Of a DNA stretch of 64,000 bases, positions 18,773 through 27,760 are shown one piece after another; positions within the stretch are counted from its first letter, which is position 1; each line of letters opens with the position of its first letter. A program made the position numbers and the translations under genes. The notes below the pieces were generated by a model. The model searched no databases, was not told where the DNA came from, and saw nothing but the letters and a program-made list of their open reading frames with translations. Source of the stretch: an uncultured Alphaproteobacteria bacterium (GTDB lineage Bacteria > Pseudomonadota > Alphaproteobacteria > Rhodobacterales > Rhodobacteraceae). The stretch covers positions 166,001 to 230,000 of the forward strand of contig CAVYZK010000001.1 in NCBI GenBank assembly GCA_963772935.1, read 5' to 3'.

Positions 18773-20125
18773 ATGGAACGTTTTGACGTGGCAGTGATCG
18801 GCGCAGGGGTCGTGGGGGTCGCCACGGCGCGGCACCTGGCTCTGACTGGCGCCCGGGTCGTGCTGATCGAAAAAGGTGCCGATATTCTGTCTGGGGCGTC
18901 AAAGGCCAACAGTGCCATCCTGCACACCGGGTTTGATGCGCCAGAGGGCAGCCTGGAATTTTCCTGCATGCAGGCGGGCTATCAGGAGTTTCTGGCGCTG
19001 ATGGGGCCCTTGAATCTGTCCCTGCTGCACACTGGCGCGATGGTCGTCGCCTGGACCGAGGCGCAAGCCGAGACCCTGCCAGATATCCTCGCCGCCGCCC
19101 ATCGCAACGGGGTGACAGACACCCGCGCCTTGACCGCGCAAGAGGTTGCCACCCGCGAGCCGCAACTTGCGATCAGCCAAGGTGCCATTCTGGTGCCCGG
19201 TGAACATGTTATCGACCCCTGGACGCCGTTTCATGCCTATGCGCAGCAGATCCTTGCCCTTGGCTCCACGATCCTGCGGGGCACTGAGGTAACGGGCGGG
19301 GCCTTTGACGGCGTCTGGACGCTGCAAACCACGCAAGGGCCACTGCGCGCCACCACCGTGGTCAATGCGGCGGGGCTTCATGGCGACCGGATTGAGACGC
19401 TGCTGCTGGGCGATGCCCATTTCACCATCAAACCGCGCAAGGGCCAGTTCGTCGTCTTTGACAAGGCCGCAGCACGCCTGCTGACCCATATCGTGCTGCC
19501 GGTGCCTGACGCCCGTACCAAGGGCGTTGTTCTGTGCCGCACGGCCTTTGGCAATGTGCTCGTCGGCCCCACGGCCGAGGAAACGGCGGAACGCGACCGC
19601 CCGACTGTCACAACGGCAGAACTGCAGGCGCTGCTGGCCCGCGCCTCGCAAATCCTGCCAGCGCTGGCGGATATGCCGGTGACCGCGACCTATGCGGGCC
19701 TGCGTCCGGCATCTGACGAAAAGCACTACCGCATCCGACACGACCCTGCGCGCAACTGGCTGACGCTGGGGGGCATAAGGTCCACCGGACTGACCGCCTC
19801 GTTGGGGCTGGCACGCCATGCGGCGAACCTGCTGGGGGCGGGGCCGCCCGCAGACGCGCCAGCCGCACCGATGCCCAATCTGGCCGAGCATCGCCCACGC
19901 GACTGGCAAAGCCCCGGCCATGGTGGAATCCTCTGCCACTGCGAGCTTGTGACCCGCCGCGAAATCGACGCCGCGCTCGTCAGCCCCTTCCCCCCCGGTG
20001 ACCTTGGCGGCCTGCGGCGGCGCACGCGCTGTGCCATGGGGCGCTGTCAGGGGTTCAACTGTCTGGCCGCATTGGAGGAAATCACCCGTGGCCGCCTGCC
20101 TGCCCCCTTGGGGGTGCCGCGATGA
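18773..20125 (+). CDS. FAD-dependent oxidoreductase with C-terminal BFD-like [2Fe-2S] domain (glycerol-3-phosphate dehydrogenase-like large subunit)
   Basis: 'FDVAVIGAGVVGVATA' dinucleotide fold and the C-terminal 'CHCELVTRREI...RCAMGRCQGFNC'. Start at 'MERFDV'. Confidence 0.7.
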   Translation: MERFDVAVIGAGVVGVATARHLALTGARVVLIEKGADILSGASKANSAILHTGFDAPEGSLEFSCMQAGYQEFLALMGPLNLSLLHTGAMVVAWTEAQAETLPDILAAAHRNGVTDTRALTAQEVATREPQLAISQGAILVPGEHVIDPWTPFHAYAQQILALGSTILRGTEVTGGAFDGVWTLQTTQGPLRATTVVNAAGLHGDRIETLLLGDAHFTIKPRKGQFVVFDKAAARLLTHIVLPVPDARTKGVVLCRTAFGNVLVGPTAEETAERDRPTVTTAELQALLARASQILPALADMPVTATYAGLRPASDEKHYRIRHDPARNWLTLGGIRSTGLTASLGLARHAANLLGAGPPADAPAAPMPNLAEHRPRDWQSPGHGGILCHCELVTRREIDAALVSPFPPGDLGGLRRRTRCAMGRCQGFNCLAALEEITRGRLPAPLGVPR

Positions 20126-21291
20126 CCGATGTTCTGATCGTCGGGGCCGGGCCAGCCGGGCTGGCTGCAGCGCAGGTTCTGGTGGCGGCAGGGCGCAAGG
20201 TGACGATCGCCGAACGCCAGCCGCATGCCGGAGGTATGCCGCTGACCTGCGGCCATTCCCCCTTTGGCTGGCGCGAGTTCCGCCGGGTGATGTCGGGTAC
20301 CGCCTATGCGCGCCGCCTGATCGCCGGCGCCGCAGGCGCGGATTTGCGGCTGGCAACGTCGGTCGTGGCGATAGACGACGACCGCGTCACCCTGACCTCG
20401 GATGCCGGGACTGAAATTCTACAACCGCGCCGCATTCTGCTTGCCACAGGCGCGCGCGAGGCCAGTCGGGCAGAGCGTCTGCTACCGGGGGAGCGGGCCT
20501 TGGGCCTTGTGACCACCGGCACCCTGCAGGACATGTGGTTCCGCCATGCAGCCCTGCCCTTTCGCCGCCCGGTCATCCTGGGCAGCGAGTTGGTCGCCAT
20601 GTCAGCGCTGCTAACCTGCCGTCAAGCTGGGGCAGCGCCACTGGCCCTGCTGGAACCGCAACAAACCCTTACCGCCCGCGCCCCCTTCCGATGGTTGCCA
20701 CGCGCCTTGGGCGTGCCGGTGCATCGGGGGGTGCAGATCACCGATCTGATCGCCCGTCAGGGGCGGCTGGCGGCTCTGCGCTTTCGCACACAGGGTCAGG
20801 ACCACGAGATTGCCTGCGATGGTCTGATCCTGACAGGCGGCTTCCAGCCTGAATCCAGCCTCGCACGGATGGCAGGGCTGGTGATCGACCCCTTGACCCG
20901 TGGCCCAAGCATCGACGGCAATGGCCGTACCTCTCATCCCGCGATTTATGCGGCGGGCAATGTGCTGCGCGGTGTCGAAACCGCGGGCTGGTGCTGGTCC
21001 GAGGGGCGCGCGGTTGCGGCGGCCATGCTGGCCGATGATGCCTCCCCTCAGGTGGCGCTGCGTGCCGGAGAGGGTCTGCGCTGGATCATGCCACAGGCGT
21101 GGCATGCCGGGGCCGCCCTGACCCTGCAACTGAACACCGCGCGCGCCCATCGCGGGCGGCTGGTGGCGCGGGACGCTTCGGGTGCAGAACTCTTTGCCCA
21201 AAACGTGACCACCGCGCCCGAGCGGCGCTTGACCATTACGCCTGATCTGGGTCCAACCACGGGCCCTGTCACCTTTTCGCTGGAGCAGTGA
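20122..21291 (+). CDS. NAD(P)/FAD-dependent (pyridine nucleotide-disulfide type) oxidoreductase, partner subunit
   Basis: 'VLIVGAGPAGLAAA' motif. ATGA overlap with the upstream gene; the stop directly abuts the kinase ATG. Confidence 0.65.
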   Translation: MTDVLIVGAGPAGLAAAQVLVAAGRKVTIAERQPHAGGMPLTCGHSPFGWREFRRVMSGTAYARRLIAGAAGADLRLATSVVAIDDDRVTLTSDAGTEILQPRRILLATGAREASRAERLLPGERALGLVTTGTLQDMWFRHAALPFRRPVILGSELVAMSALLTCRQAGAAPLALLEPQQTLTARAPFRWLPRALGVPVHRGVQITDLIARQGRLAALRFRTQGQDHEIACDGLILTGGFQPESSLARMAGLVIDPLTRGPSIDGNGRTSHPAIYAAGNVLRGVETAGWCWSEGRAVAAAMLADDASPQVALRAGEGLRWIMPQAWHAGAALTLQLNTARAHRGRLVARDASGAELFAQNVTTAPERRLTITPDLGPTTGPVTFSLEQ

Positions 21292-22674
21292 ATGCGGATT
21301 CTGGCGATTGATCAGGGCACCACCTCGACCCGCTTGCTGGAACTGACGGCACGTGGCACGCGCATTCTGGGCCAGCGGCGGCATCAAACCCGTTATCCTG
21401 CCCCGGATCAGGTAGAGATGGACCCTATCGAAATCCTGACGCATATCCGCGACCTTCTGGCCGACGCTGGCGCGGCGGACGGCATCGCCCTGGCCAATCA
21501 GGGTGAGACGTGCCTCGCTTGGGATGCCGCGACAGGCACGCCGCTGTCGCCGATGATCTCATGGCAGGACCGACGGTCGCTGTCGCTGCTGGCTGAGATG
21601 GACGCCCCTGCCATTACGGCACGGTCGGGCCTGCCGCTCGATCCGTATTTTTCGGCGGGCAAACTGGCGTGGATGCGGCGGCACCTGCCCGGCGTCGCCC
21701 GGCCCGGCGTGCGTCTGGGGACGTCGGACGCCTGGCTGCTGGACCAGTTGACCGGGCATTTCGCGACAGACCGGGCGACCGCCTCACGCACCGGGCTGTT
21801 GAACATGGCCACCGGAACGTGGGACGCAGAGCTTTGCGCGGCCTTCGATGTGCCGATTGAATCCTTGCCCGAAATCCGCGCCAATACGGCAGGCTTTGGT
21901 GCCATCGGGCGGGTGCCGGTTCTGGCCGCCATAGTGGATCAGCAGGCAGCACTTTATGGCCATGGGGCCCGCAACCCGGGTCAGGGCAAGATCACCTTCG
22001 GCACCGGGGCCTTTGCGCTGGCGCTGACCCACGCCTGCCCGGACCCTGCCCATCTTTCCGGGCTGGTGCCGACCATTGCCTGGGATCTGGGTCAGGGCAT
22101 CCGTTATGCTGTGGACGGTGGCGTGCCGGATGCCGGCTCAGCGGTAGAATGGGCCTTGCGCGCGGGGCTGGCCGAGGGGGTACAGGATTTCGACGACTTC
22201 CCGCATCCTTCGGCAATCGGGCGCGGGCTGGCCTTTGTCGCGGCCTTCTCGGGCCTCGGGGCCCCGGATTGGGACCGCAGCGCCGCCCCGCTGATCCTGG
22301 GCCTTGGTCCCGAGATGGGACGCCGCGATCTGTGTCAGGCGTTGTTGGAAGGCATCTGTTTCCAGACTGCCGCCCTGACCCGGTTGCTGACGCAGGTCAC
22401 GGGGCTTGCGGGGCCCGTCTCGATTGACGGGGGAATTTCCAAAAGCCGGGCCTTCGCGCAGTTTCTTGCCGATGCCACCGGGCTTGAAATCCGCATCTCA
22501 GCCGAGCCGGAATGCACGGCCTTTGGCGCAGCGCTGATGGCTGCCGAGGTTCTCGGCCATAGCATTGACAGATCAGATGATGGCCCCCTGTGCCTGCCAC
22601 AGCCCCAACCGGCGCAATGGGCCAAACGCTACGATGCCGCCCAGCACCGCGCCAAGGGCTGGCGCGATATCTGA
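21292..22674 (+). CDS. glpK: FGGY-family carbohydrate kinase, glycerol kinase-like
   Basis: 'ILAIDQGTTSTR', 'NQGETCLAWD', 'SWQDRRS', 'DPYFSAGKLAWM' parallel the GlpK motifs. At 460 aa it is somewhat short. Confidence 0.65.
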   Translation: MRILAIDQGTTSTRLLELTARGTRILGQRRHQTRYPAPDQVEMDPIEILTHIRDLLADAGAADGIALANQGETCLAWDAATGTPLSPMISWQDRRSLSLLAEMDAPAITARSGLPLDPYFSAGKLAWMRRHLPGVARPGVRLGTSDAWLLDQLTGHFATDRATASRTGLLNMATGTWDAELCAAFDVPIESLPEIRANTAGFGAIGRVPVLAAIVDQQAALYGHGARNPGQGKITFGTGAFALALTHACPDPAHLSGLVPTIAWDLGQGIRYAVDGGVPDAGSAVEWALRAGLAEGVQDFDDFPHPSAIGRGLAFVAAFSGLGAPDWDRSAAPLILGLGPEMGRRDLCQALLEGICFQTAALTRLLTQVTGLAGPVSIDGGISKSRAFAQFLADATGLEIRISAEPECTAFGAALMAAEVLGHSIDRSDDGPLCLPQPQPAQWAKRYDAAQHRAKGWRDI

Positions 22675-22950
22675 ACGGCGGGAACCAAGCCGCCATCTGG
22701 AAAGCCAAATCGCCGTGGCGATTGGTATCGTGGTTGCAGCCTGAAAGAAAAATCGACACACGCGCGCGAAAGAGCTTGGCCCCTGCGCCGCAGAAATAGA
22801 TACAGACGTCGGAAACCAAACTCACGTCGAGTCCGACACCTGGCCATTTCTCCGAGGTACTCTTGTCAGCACAATTGTCTTGCGCAGCACTCAAGGCAGT
22901 TCACCACGCTGACCGCTGGTCAAATACCTGCCGCGCCTATGACGGGCGCG

Positions 22951-23271
22951 TCAGAGAAAATCGTCGCGTCGGGGGGCAAAGCTGTCGATCAGCCGACCCG
23001 CCTCAATCGCCACGACGCCATGCCTGAGGTTCGGCGCAACGACAAAACTCTGGCCTGCGGTCAGGGTCTGTGCGACCCCCTCGATCACCACCTCAAAGCT
23101 GCCTTCGGCGACAAAACTGGCCTGCGTGTGGGGGTGGGAATGTTGGGTCCCGATCGCACCCGCCTCGAACGCGACCTCGACCAGCATCAATTCCGGGACA
23201 TGGCCCATGATGCGGCGGCGCACGCCGGGCGCGGCATCGACCCAATCGCCGGGTTCGCTTGCGGTGTTCAT
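22951..23271 (-). CDS. cupin-domain protein (KdgF-like by context)
   Basis: 106 aa with the cupin metal motif 'GTQHSHPHTQASFVAEG'. Lies immediately downstream of kduD. Start at 'MNTASEP'. Confidence 0.6.
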   Translation of the reverse strand: MNTASEPGDWVDAAPGVRRRIMGHVPELMLVEVAFEAGAIGTQHSHPHTQASFVAEGSFEVVIEGVAQTLTAGQSFVVAPNLRHGVVAIEAGRLIDSFAPRRDDFL

Positions 23272-23284
23272 CGTCGTTCCCTCT

Positions 23285-24046
23285 CTATCTGGCCAGCCAG
23301 CCGCCATCGACGGCCAGAATGGTTCCGTGAATATAGTCCGATGCCGGAGCGGCCAAAAACACCGCGCTTGCGCCGATATCTTCGGGCTTGCCCCACCGTC
23401 CTGCGGGGATGCGGTCCAAAATCTGCGCGCTGCGCCCGGCATCCTGCCGCAGACTCGCGGTGTTGTTCGTCTCGATATAACCGGGGGCGATGGCATTGAC
23501 GTTGACGCCCTTTGCCGCCCATTCGCAGGCCAGAAGTTTCGTCAGCCCGGCCACGCCACTTTTCGACGCAGTGTATGACGCCACCCTGATGCCGCCCTGA
23601 AAGCTGAGCATCGAGGCGATATTGATGATCTTGCCGCGCCCCCCCGCCGCCAGCACGTGGCGCGCGAAGGCCTGCGACAGAAAGAAGGTGGCTTTCAGGT
23701 TCAGGTCGATCACCGCATCCCAATCATCTTCGGTGAAATCCACCGCATCGGCGCGACGGATAATACCTGCGTTGTTCACCAAAGCATCAATCGGGCCGTG
23801 CTCGGCCCAGACCTGTTCCAGCATTGCAGCCCCCGCGCCGGGATCGGCCAGATCGACCTGCACCGGCACCAACCGCGCGCCCGGGGCGTCGCGCTGAAAC
23901 ACCTCAAACGTTGCGTCCATCGACGACCGCCCCGCCGCCAGCACCTCTGCCCCGGCCTGCGCCATCGCCAGCGCAATGCCCTGACCGATGCCAGTATTCG
24001 CCCCCGTCACCAGCACGCGCCGGCCAGCCAAGGAAAACACGCTCAT
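23285..24046 (-). CDS. kduD: 2-dehydro-3-deoxy-D-gluconate 5-dehydrogenase (SDR)
   Basis: 'VTGANTGIGQG' and 'YTASKSGVAGLTK' SDR motifs. ATGA overlap with the kduI stop. Confidence 0.8.
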   Translation of the reverse strand: MSVFSLAGRRVLVTGANTGIGQGIALAMAQAGAEVLAAGRSSMDATFEVFQRDAPGARLVPVQVDLADPGAGAAMLEQVWAEHGPIDALVNNAGIIRRADAVDFTEDDWDAVIDLNLKATFFLSQAFARHVLAAGGRGKIINIASMLSFQGGIRVASYTASKSGVAGLTKLLACEWAAKGVNVNAIAPGYIETNNTASLRQDAGRSAQILDRIPAGRWGKPEDIGASAVFLAAPASDYIHGTILAVDGGWLAR

Positions 24047-24889
24047 CGCAGGGCCGCCGGCTGGAAAACCTCGACATCTGTGTAATCGACATTGTCCCCC
24101 GCCATCGCCCAGATGAACGTATAGCTGGCCGTCCCCGCGCCGGAGTGGATCGACCACGGCGGCGACAGGATCGCCTGTTCATTCGCCACGATCAGATGCC
24201 GGGTTTCTTGTGGTTCGCCCATCAGATGGATCACCCTTTGGGCGGGGTCGAGGTCGAAATACAGATATGCCTCCATCCGGCAGGAATGGGTATGCGCGGG
24301 CATGGTGTTCCAGATCGAACCGGGGGCAAGCGTCGTCATCCCCACCACAAGCTGGCAGGTCTGCACGCCCTCGGGATGGATGAATTGGAAGATCGAGCGT
24401 TCGTTGCAGGTGGCCGTACTGCCCAGATCAACGCGCTTGGCCTGATCAATGCGGATATGGCGGGTCGGATAGGTGTGATGCGCCGGGGCGCTGACGATAT
24501 AGAACTTCGCAGGGCTGCCGGGCTCGGCCGAGGCAAAGGACACCTCGCCCCCACCCATGCCGATGTAGATCATGTCGCGGGTGCCGAGGTCATAGCGATC
24601 CGCCCCCGCAAAGACGCTGCCCGCGCCGCCGATATTCACCACGATCATCTCGCGCCGATCCAGAAAGCCCGGCGTTCCGGTCAGCTTGACCGGGCCAAGC
24701 AGCAACGGCTCGTCCAACGGCAGGGCGCTGCCGACGATCATGCGGTCGTAATGCGTATAGGTCAGCGCGATCTCGCCGGGTTGAAACAGATCATCGACCA
24801 GAAACGCCCGCGCGCAGGGCGGTGGTGTCCATGCTGCGGGCCTGTTCGGGCGCAATGGCATGGCGAGAGGTTACACGGGTTTCGGTCAT
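24043..24889 (-). pseudogene. kduI: 5-dehydro-4-deoxy-D-glucuronate isomerase, interrupted by a 1-nt frameshift near 24800-24820
   Basis: The body 'FLVDDLFQPGEIALTYTHYDRMIVG...' to the stop is KduI. The KduI-like N-terminus 'MTETRVTSRHAIAPEQARSMDTTALRA' is in another frame. It starts at ATG 24889, which forms an ATGA overlap with the upstream ATPase stop. Total span is 847 nt (3n+1). Confidence 0.8.
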
Positions 24890-25629
24890 GTCAGCACCAC
24901 ATATTCTGTCAGTTGGCTAATGCTGGTGTCGGCCTTGGCGACATCGAACACCTTGGTTCCGTGGCTCATGATCACGAAGCGGTCGCAGACCTGATAGGCG
25001 TGATAGATGTTATGCGTGACCAGCACGCTGGAAACACCTTCCGCCTTCAGCTTCAGCACTTGGTTCAGCAGCGCCTCGGTTTCGCGCACCGACAGCGCCG
25101 AGGTCGGCTCGTCCAGCAGCAATATCCGACGCTTGAAGAACACCGCCCGCGCAATGGCCACCGCCTGTTTCTGTCCGCCTGACAGATCGCCGACCAGCTG
25201 ATCCGGGCTGTCGATGCCCGAGATATGGACGGCGGAATTCAGCACCTCCATCGCAATCTCGCGCATCTCGGCTTCCTTCAGAAACCCCAGGCGATTGGTC
25301 TTTTCGCGGCCCATAAAGATGTTGCGGGTGATCGACAGGCTGTCGACCAAGGCGGTGTTCTGGTAGATCGTCTCGATCCCGGCATTGGCGGAATCGGTTC
25401 GGCAGGTGAACAGCGTCTCTTTGCCATCGACGGTCAGGTGCCCTGTGGTCGGCTTGTGAATGCCCGACAGCAGATTGACCGTGGTGGATTTGCCCGCGCC
25501 ATTGTCGCCGAGCAGGCCGACCACTTCGCCCTCGCCGATATGAAAGCTGAGGTCGCTCAAGGCCGTCAGCGCGCCAAAGCGTTTGCCGATGCCGTGCAGT
25601 TCCAGAATGGGTGTCTTTTGCAGCATCAT
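24886..25629 (-). CDS. sugar ABC transporter ATP-binding protein (single NBD, FrcA-like)
   Basis: 'GDNGAGKSTT', 'LSGGQKQAVAIARA', 'LLLDEPTSALS'. Start at 'MMLQKTPILELHG' with an ATGA overlap to the permease stop. Confidence 0.85.
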   Translation of the reverse strand: MMLQKTPILELHGIGKRFGALTALSDLSFHIGEGEVVGLLGDNGAGKSTTVNLLSGIHKPTTGHLTVDGKETLFTCRTDSANAGIETIYQNTALVDSLSITRNIFMGREKTNRLGFLKEAEMREIAMEVLNSAVHISGIDSPDQLVGDLSGGQKQAVAIARAVFFKRRILLLDEPTSALSVRETEALLNQVLKLKAEGVSSVLVTHNIYHAYQVCDRFVIMSHGTKVFDVAKADTSISQLTEYVVLT

Positions 25630-26639
25630 GCCCCCCGCTTTTCGATCATCTGGTTCAGGATGGCGGCACCAACGATCAAGACGGCGATGAACATTTCCAG
25701 ATAAAAGCCCGGCGCCCGGATCAGCAGCAGGACGTTGGTGATGGTGTGGATCATCAGCACGCCCAGAAAGACGCCAAGCACCGATCCGCGCCCGCCATTC
25801 AGCGACAGCCCACCGATCACGCAGGCCGCGATGGCCTGCAACTCCAGCCCGGTGCCTTGCCCCGGCTGCACGCTGCCCACCCGCGCCGATGCGAGGATGC
25901 CCGCCACCGCCGCCATGCCGCCCGCGATGGCAAAGGCCGCGATCTTGACCCGCCCGGTGCGGATGCCGATGGCGGTGGCCGCAGCCCGGTTGCCGCCTGT
26001 TGCAAACACATGGTTGCCAAAGCGGTGGTGGTGCAGCAGCAGATAAAAGCCAACGCTCAGCGCCAGAAACCATAGGAAAGCGGCGTTCAGGCCAAAAATG
26101 CTTCCGGCAAAAAGCCCGGTGAACGCGGGTTCAGGGTCGAACCGCACCTGCACAGCACCATTGTAATACAGCACCGCGCCGCGCCAGAACAGCAGGCCGC
26201 CCAAGGTCACGATGAACGACGGCAGATTGAACCTCAGCGTGATCATGCCGTTCAGCACACCGATGCCAACGCCCAGCAGAATGGCAATCGGCGCGGCCAG
26301 AAAGCCACTCATCCCGGCCGAGACCTGCACCGCCATTACGATGGCCGTCATCGCATAGACAGACCCGACCGACAGATCGAACTCGCCCGCGATCATCAGG
26401 ATGCCGACGCCAAGGGCAAGGCAACCGATCACCGGCACCGCCCGCATCAGGATCGTCAGGTTCTGCGGCGACAGATAGCGAAAGTCATCCGGGTTCAGCA
26501 AAGCCCAAGCGATGCAGGCGATCTGTATCATGGCGAAAACCAGAAAAATGGATCCTGCCGGATGCGCAAGCAACCGTCGCAAGACATTCTTCCGGCGGGT
26601 CCGGCTGCGCGCCGGGCCGCTGTGGGCGATATCGGTCAT
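25626..26639 (-). CDS. sugar ABC transporter permease (RbsC/FrcC-like)
   Basis: 337-aa polytopic protein with the 'GEFDLSVGS' motif typical of this permease family. Confidence 0.85.
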   Translation of the reverse strand: MTDIAHSGPARSRTRRKNVLRRLLAHPAGSIFLVFAMIQIACIAWALLNPDDFRYLSPQNLTILMRAVPVIGCLALGVGILMIAGEFDLSVGSVYAMTAIVMAVQVSAGMSGFLAAPIAILLGVGIGVLNGMITLRFNLPSFIVTLGGLLFWRGAVLYYNGAVQVRFDPEPAFTGLFAGSIFGLNAAFLWFLALSVGFYLLLHHHRFGNHVFATGGNRAAATAIGIRTGRVKIAAFAIAGGMAAVAGILASARVGSVQPGQGTGLELQAIAACVIGGLSLNGGRGSVLGVFLGVLMIHTITNVLLLIRAPGFYLEMFIAVLIVGAAILNQMIEKRGA

Positions 26640-26706
26640 GGTGGGTTTCCCTTGGGTTCGAAAGGGTTTCCGGGCGGGCAGAACCGCCCGGAAACCAGAG
26701 GCGCGA

Positions 26707-27662
26707 TCAGCGATAGGTGCCGATCAGCGGCATGATGTCGCCAATGCCCGACTGATCGAGATAGGCACCCTGCCCGGTATCCACATCGGTCGGCGTCAGG
26801 CCGTATCGCGCCGACATGGCGATCTGGGCAATCGGGTAATAGCCTTGCAGATAGGGCTGCTGGTCCATCGTGGCGAACATCGCGCCAGACTTGACCGCAT
26901 CGGCAATTTCCACCGCAAGGTCAAAGCCCGCAAACGGCACATCCACCCCGGCATCGCGAATTGCACCCGCGCCCACGGTCGAGGTGACGGACCCGGTGCC
27001 GAACACCGCTTTGGTATTCGGGTTGGCGATCAGGAACTGCGTCATGATGTTTTGCGCCTCGGCCAGATCAAGGCCCGCGAACGCACGGTTTCCACCTTGA
27101 TGCCATGCTCTTTCATCGCCCGCTCGATGCCGCCGCCACGCGCCACGGCAAAGGTGGCTTCGGGAATTTCGCGCGGGTTGAACACCATATCGCCTTCCTT
27201 CAGGCCAAACTGTTTGACCATGCGCTGGCCAAGTTCATAGCCCGAGGCTTCTTCGTCCATGCCGACATAGGCCTGGCGGCAGTTGCCCTTGGCACCTTCC
27301 AGATCGTCATTGTTGAAACCGATCACCACGATGCCCTTATCAACAGCCGCACAGATGCTGGCGTCAAAAGCGTCCGAGCTGGAAATCGCCACCGCGATCC
27401 CGGCCACGCCCGCAGCCGTGGCGCTTTCGATCAGGTCGTTCTGGCGCACCGGATCGTTGTTGGCATATTGCACGTCCAGATCGACGTTGAACGCCGCCGC
27501 CGCATCCTGCGCGCCTTTTACCACCGGGTTGAAGAACTGCACGCTGGGGTCAAGATAGATGATCATCGTGGCCTTCACCGGCGCATCCTGCGCCAGCGCC
27601 GCCGTTCCTATCAGCAGCAAGCCCATCAGGCCCACCGCCATGCCAAAAGTCTGTTTTTTCAT
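26707..27662 (-). pseudogene. sugar ABC substrate-binding protein (RbsB/FrcB-like), split by a 1-nt frameshift near 27073-27086
   Basis: The N-part (signal 'MKKQTFGMAVGLMGLLLIGTAALA' ... 'GIKVETV') and the C-part ('FAGLDLAEAQNIMTQFLIANPN...') are contiguous in different frames. Span is 956 nt (3n+2). GGAGGAG upstream of ATG 27662. Confidence 0.8.
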
Positions 27663-27760
27663 TGGTGTCTCCTCCCTTTTTTCCCGATTGCGAGGCACAA
27701 TACCTCTCCGTCCGGCAGCCTCCTCCGCTGTCGGTAATGCCTTTTTGCTGTGGCCGGGTG

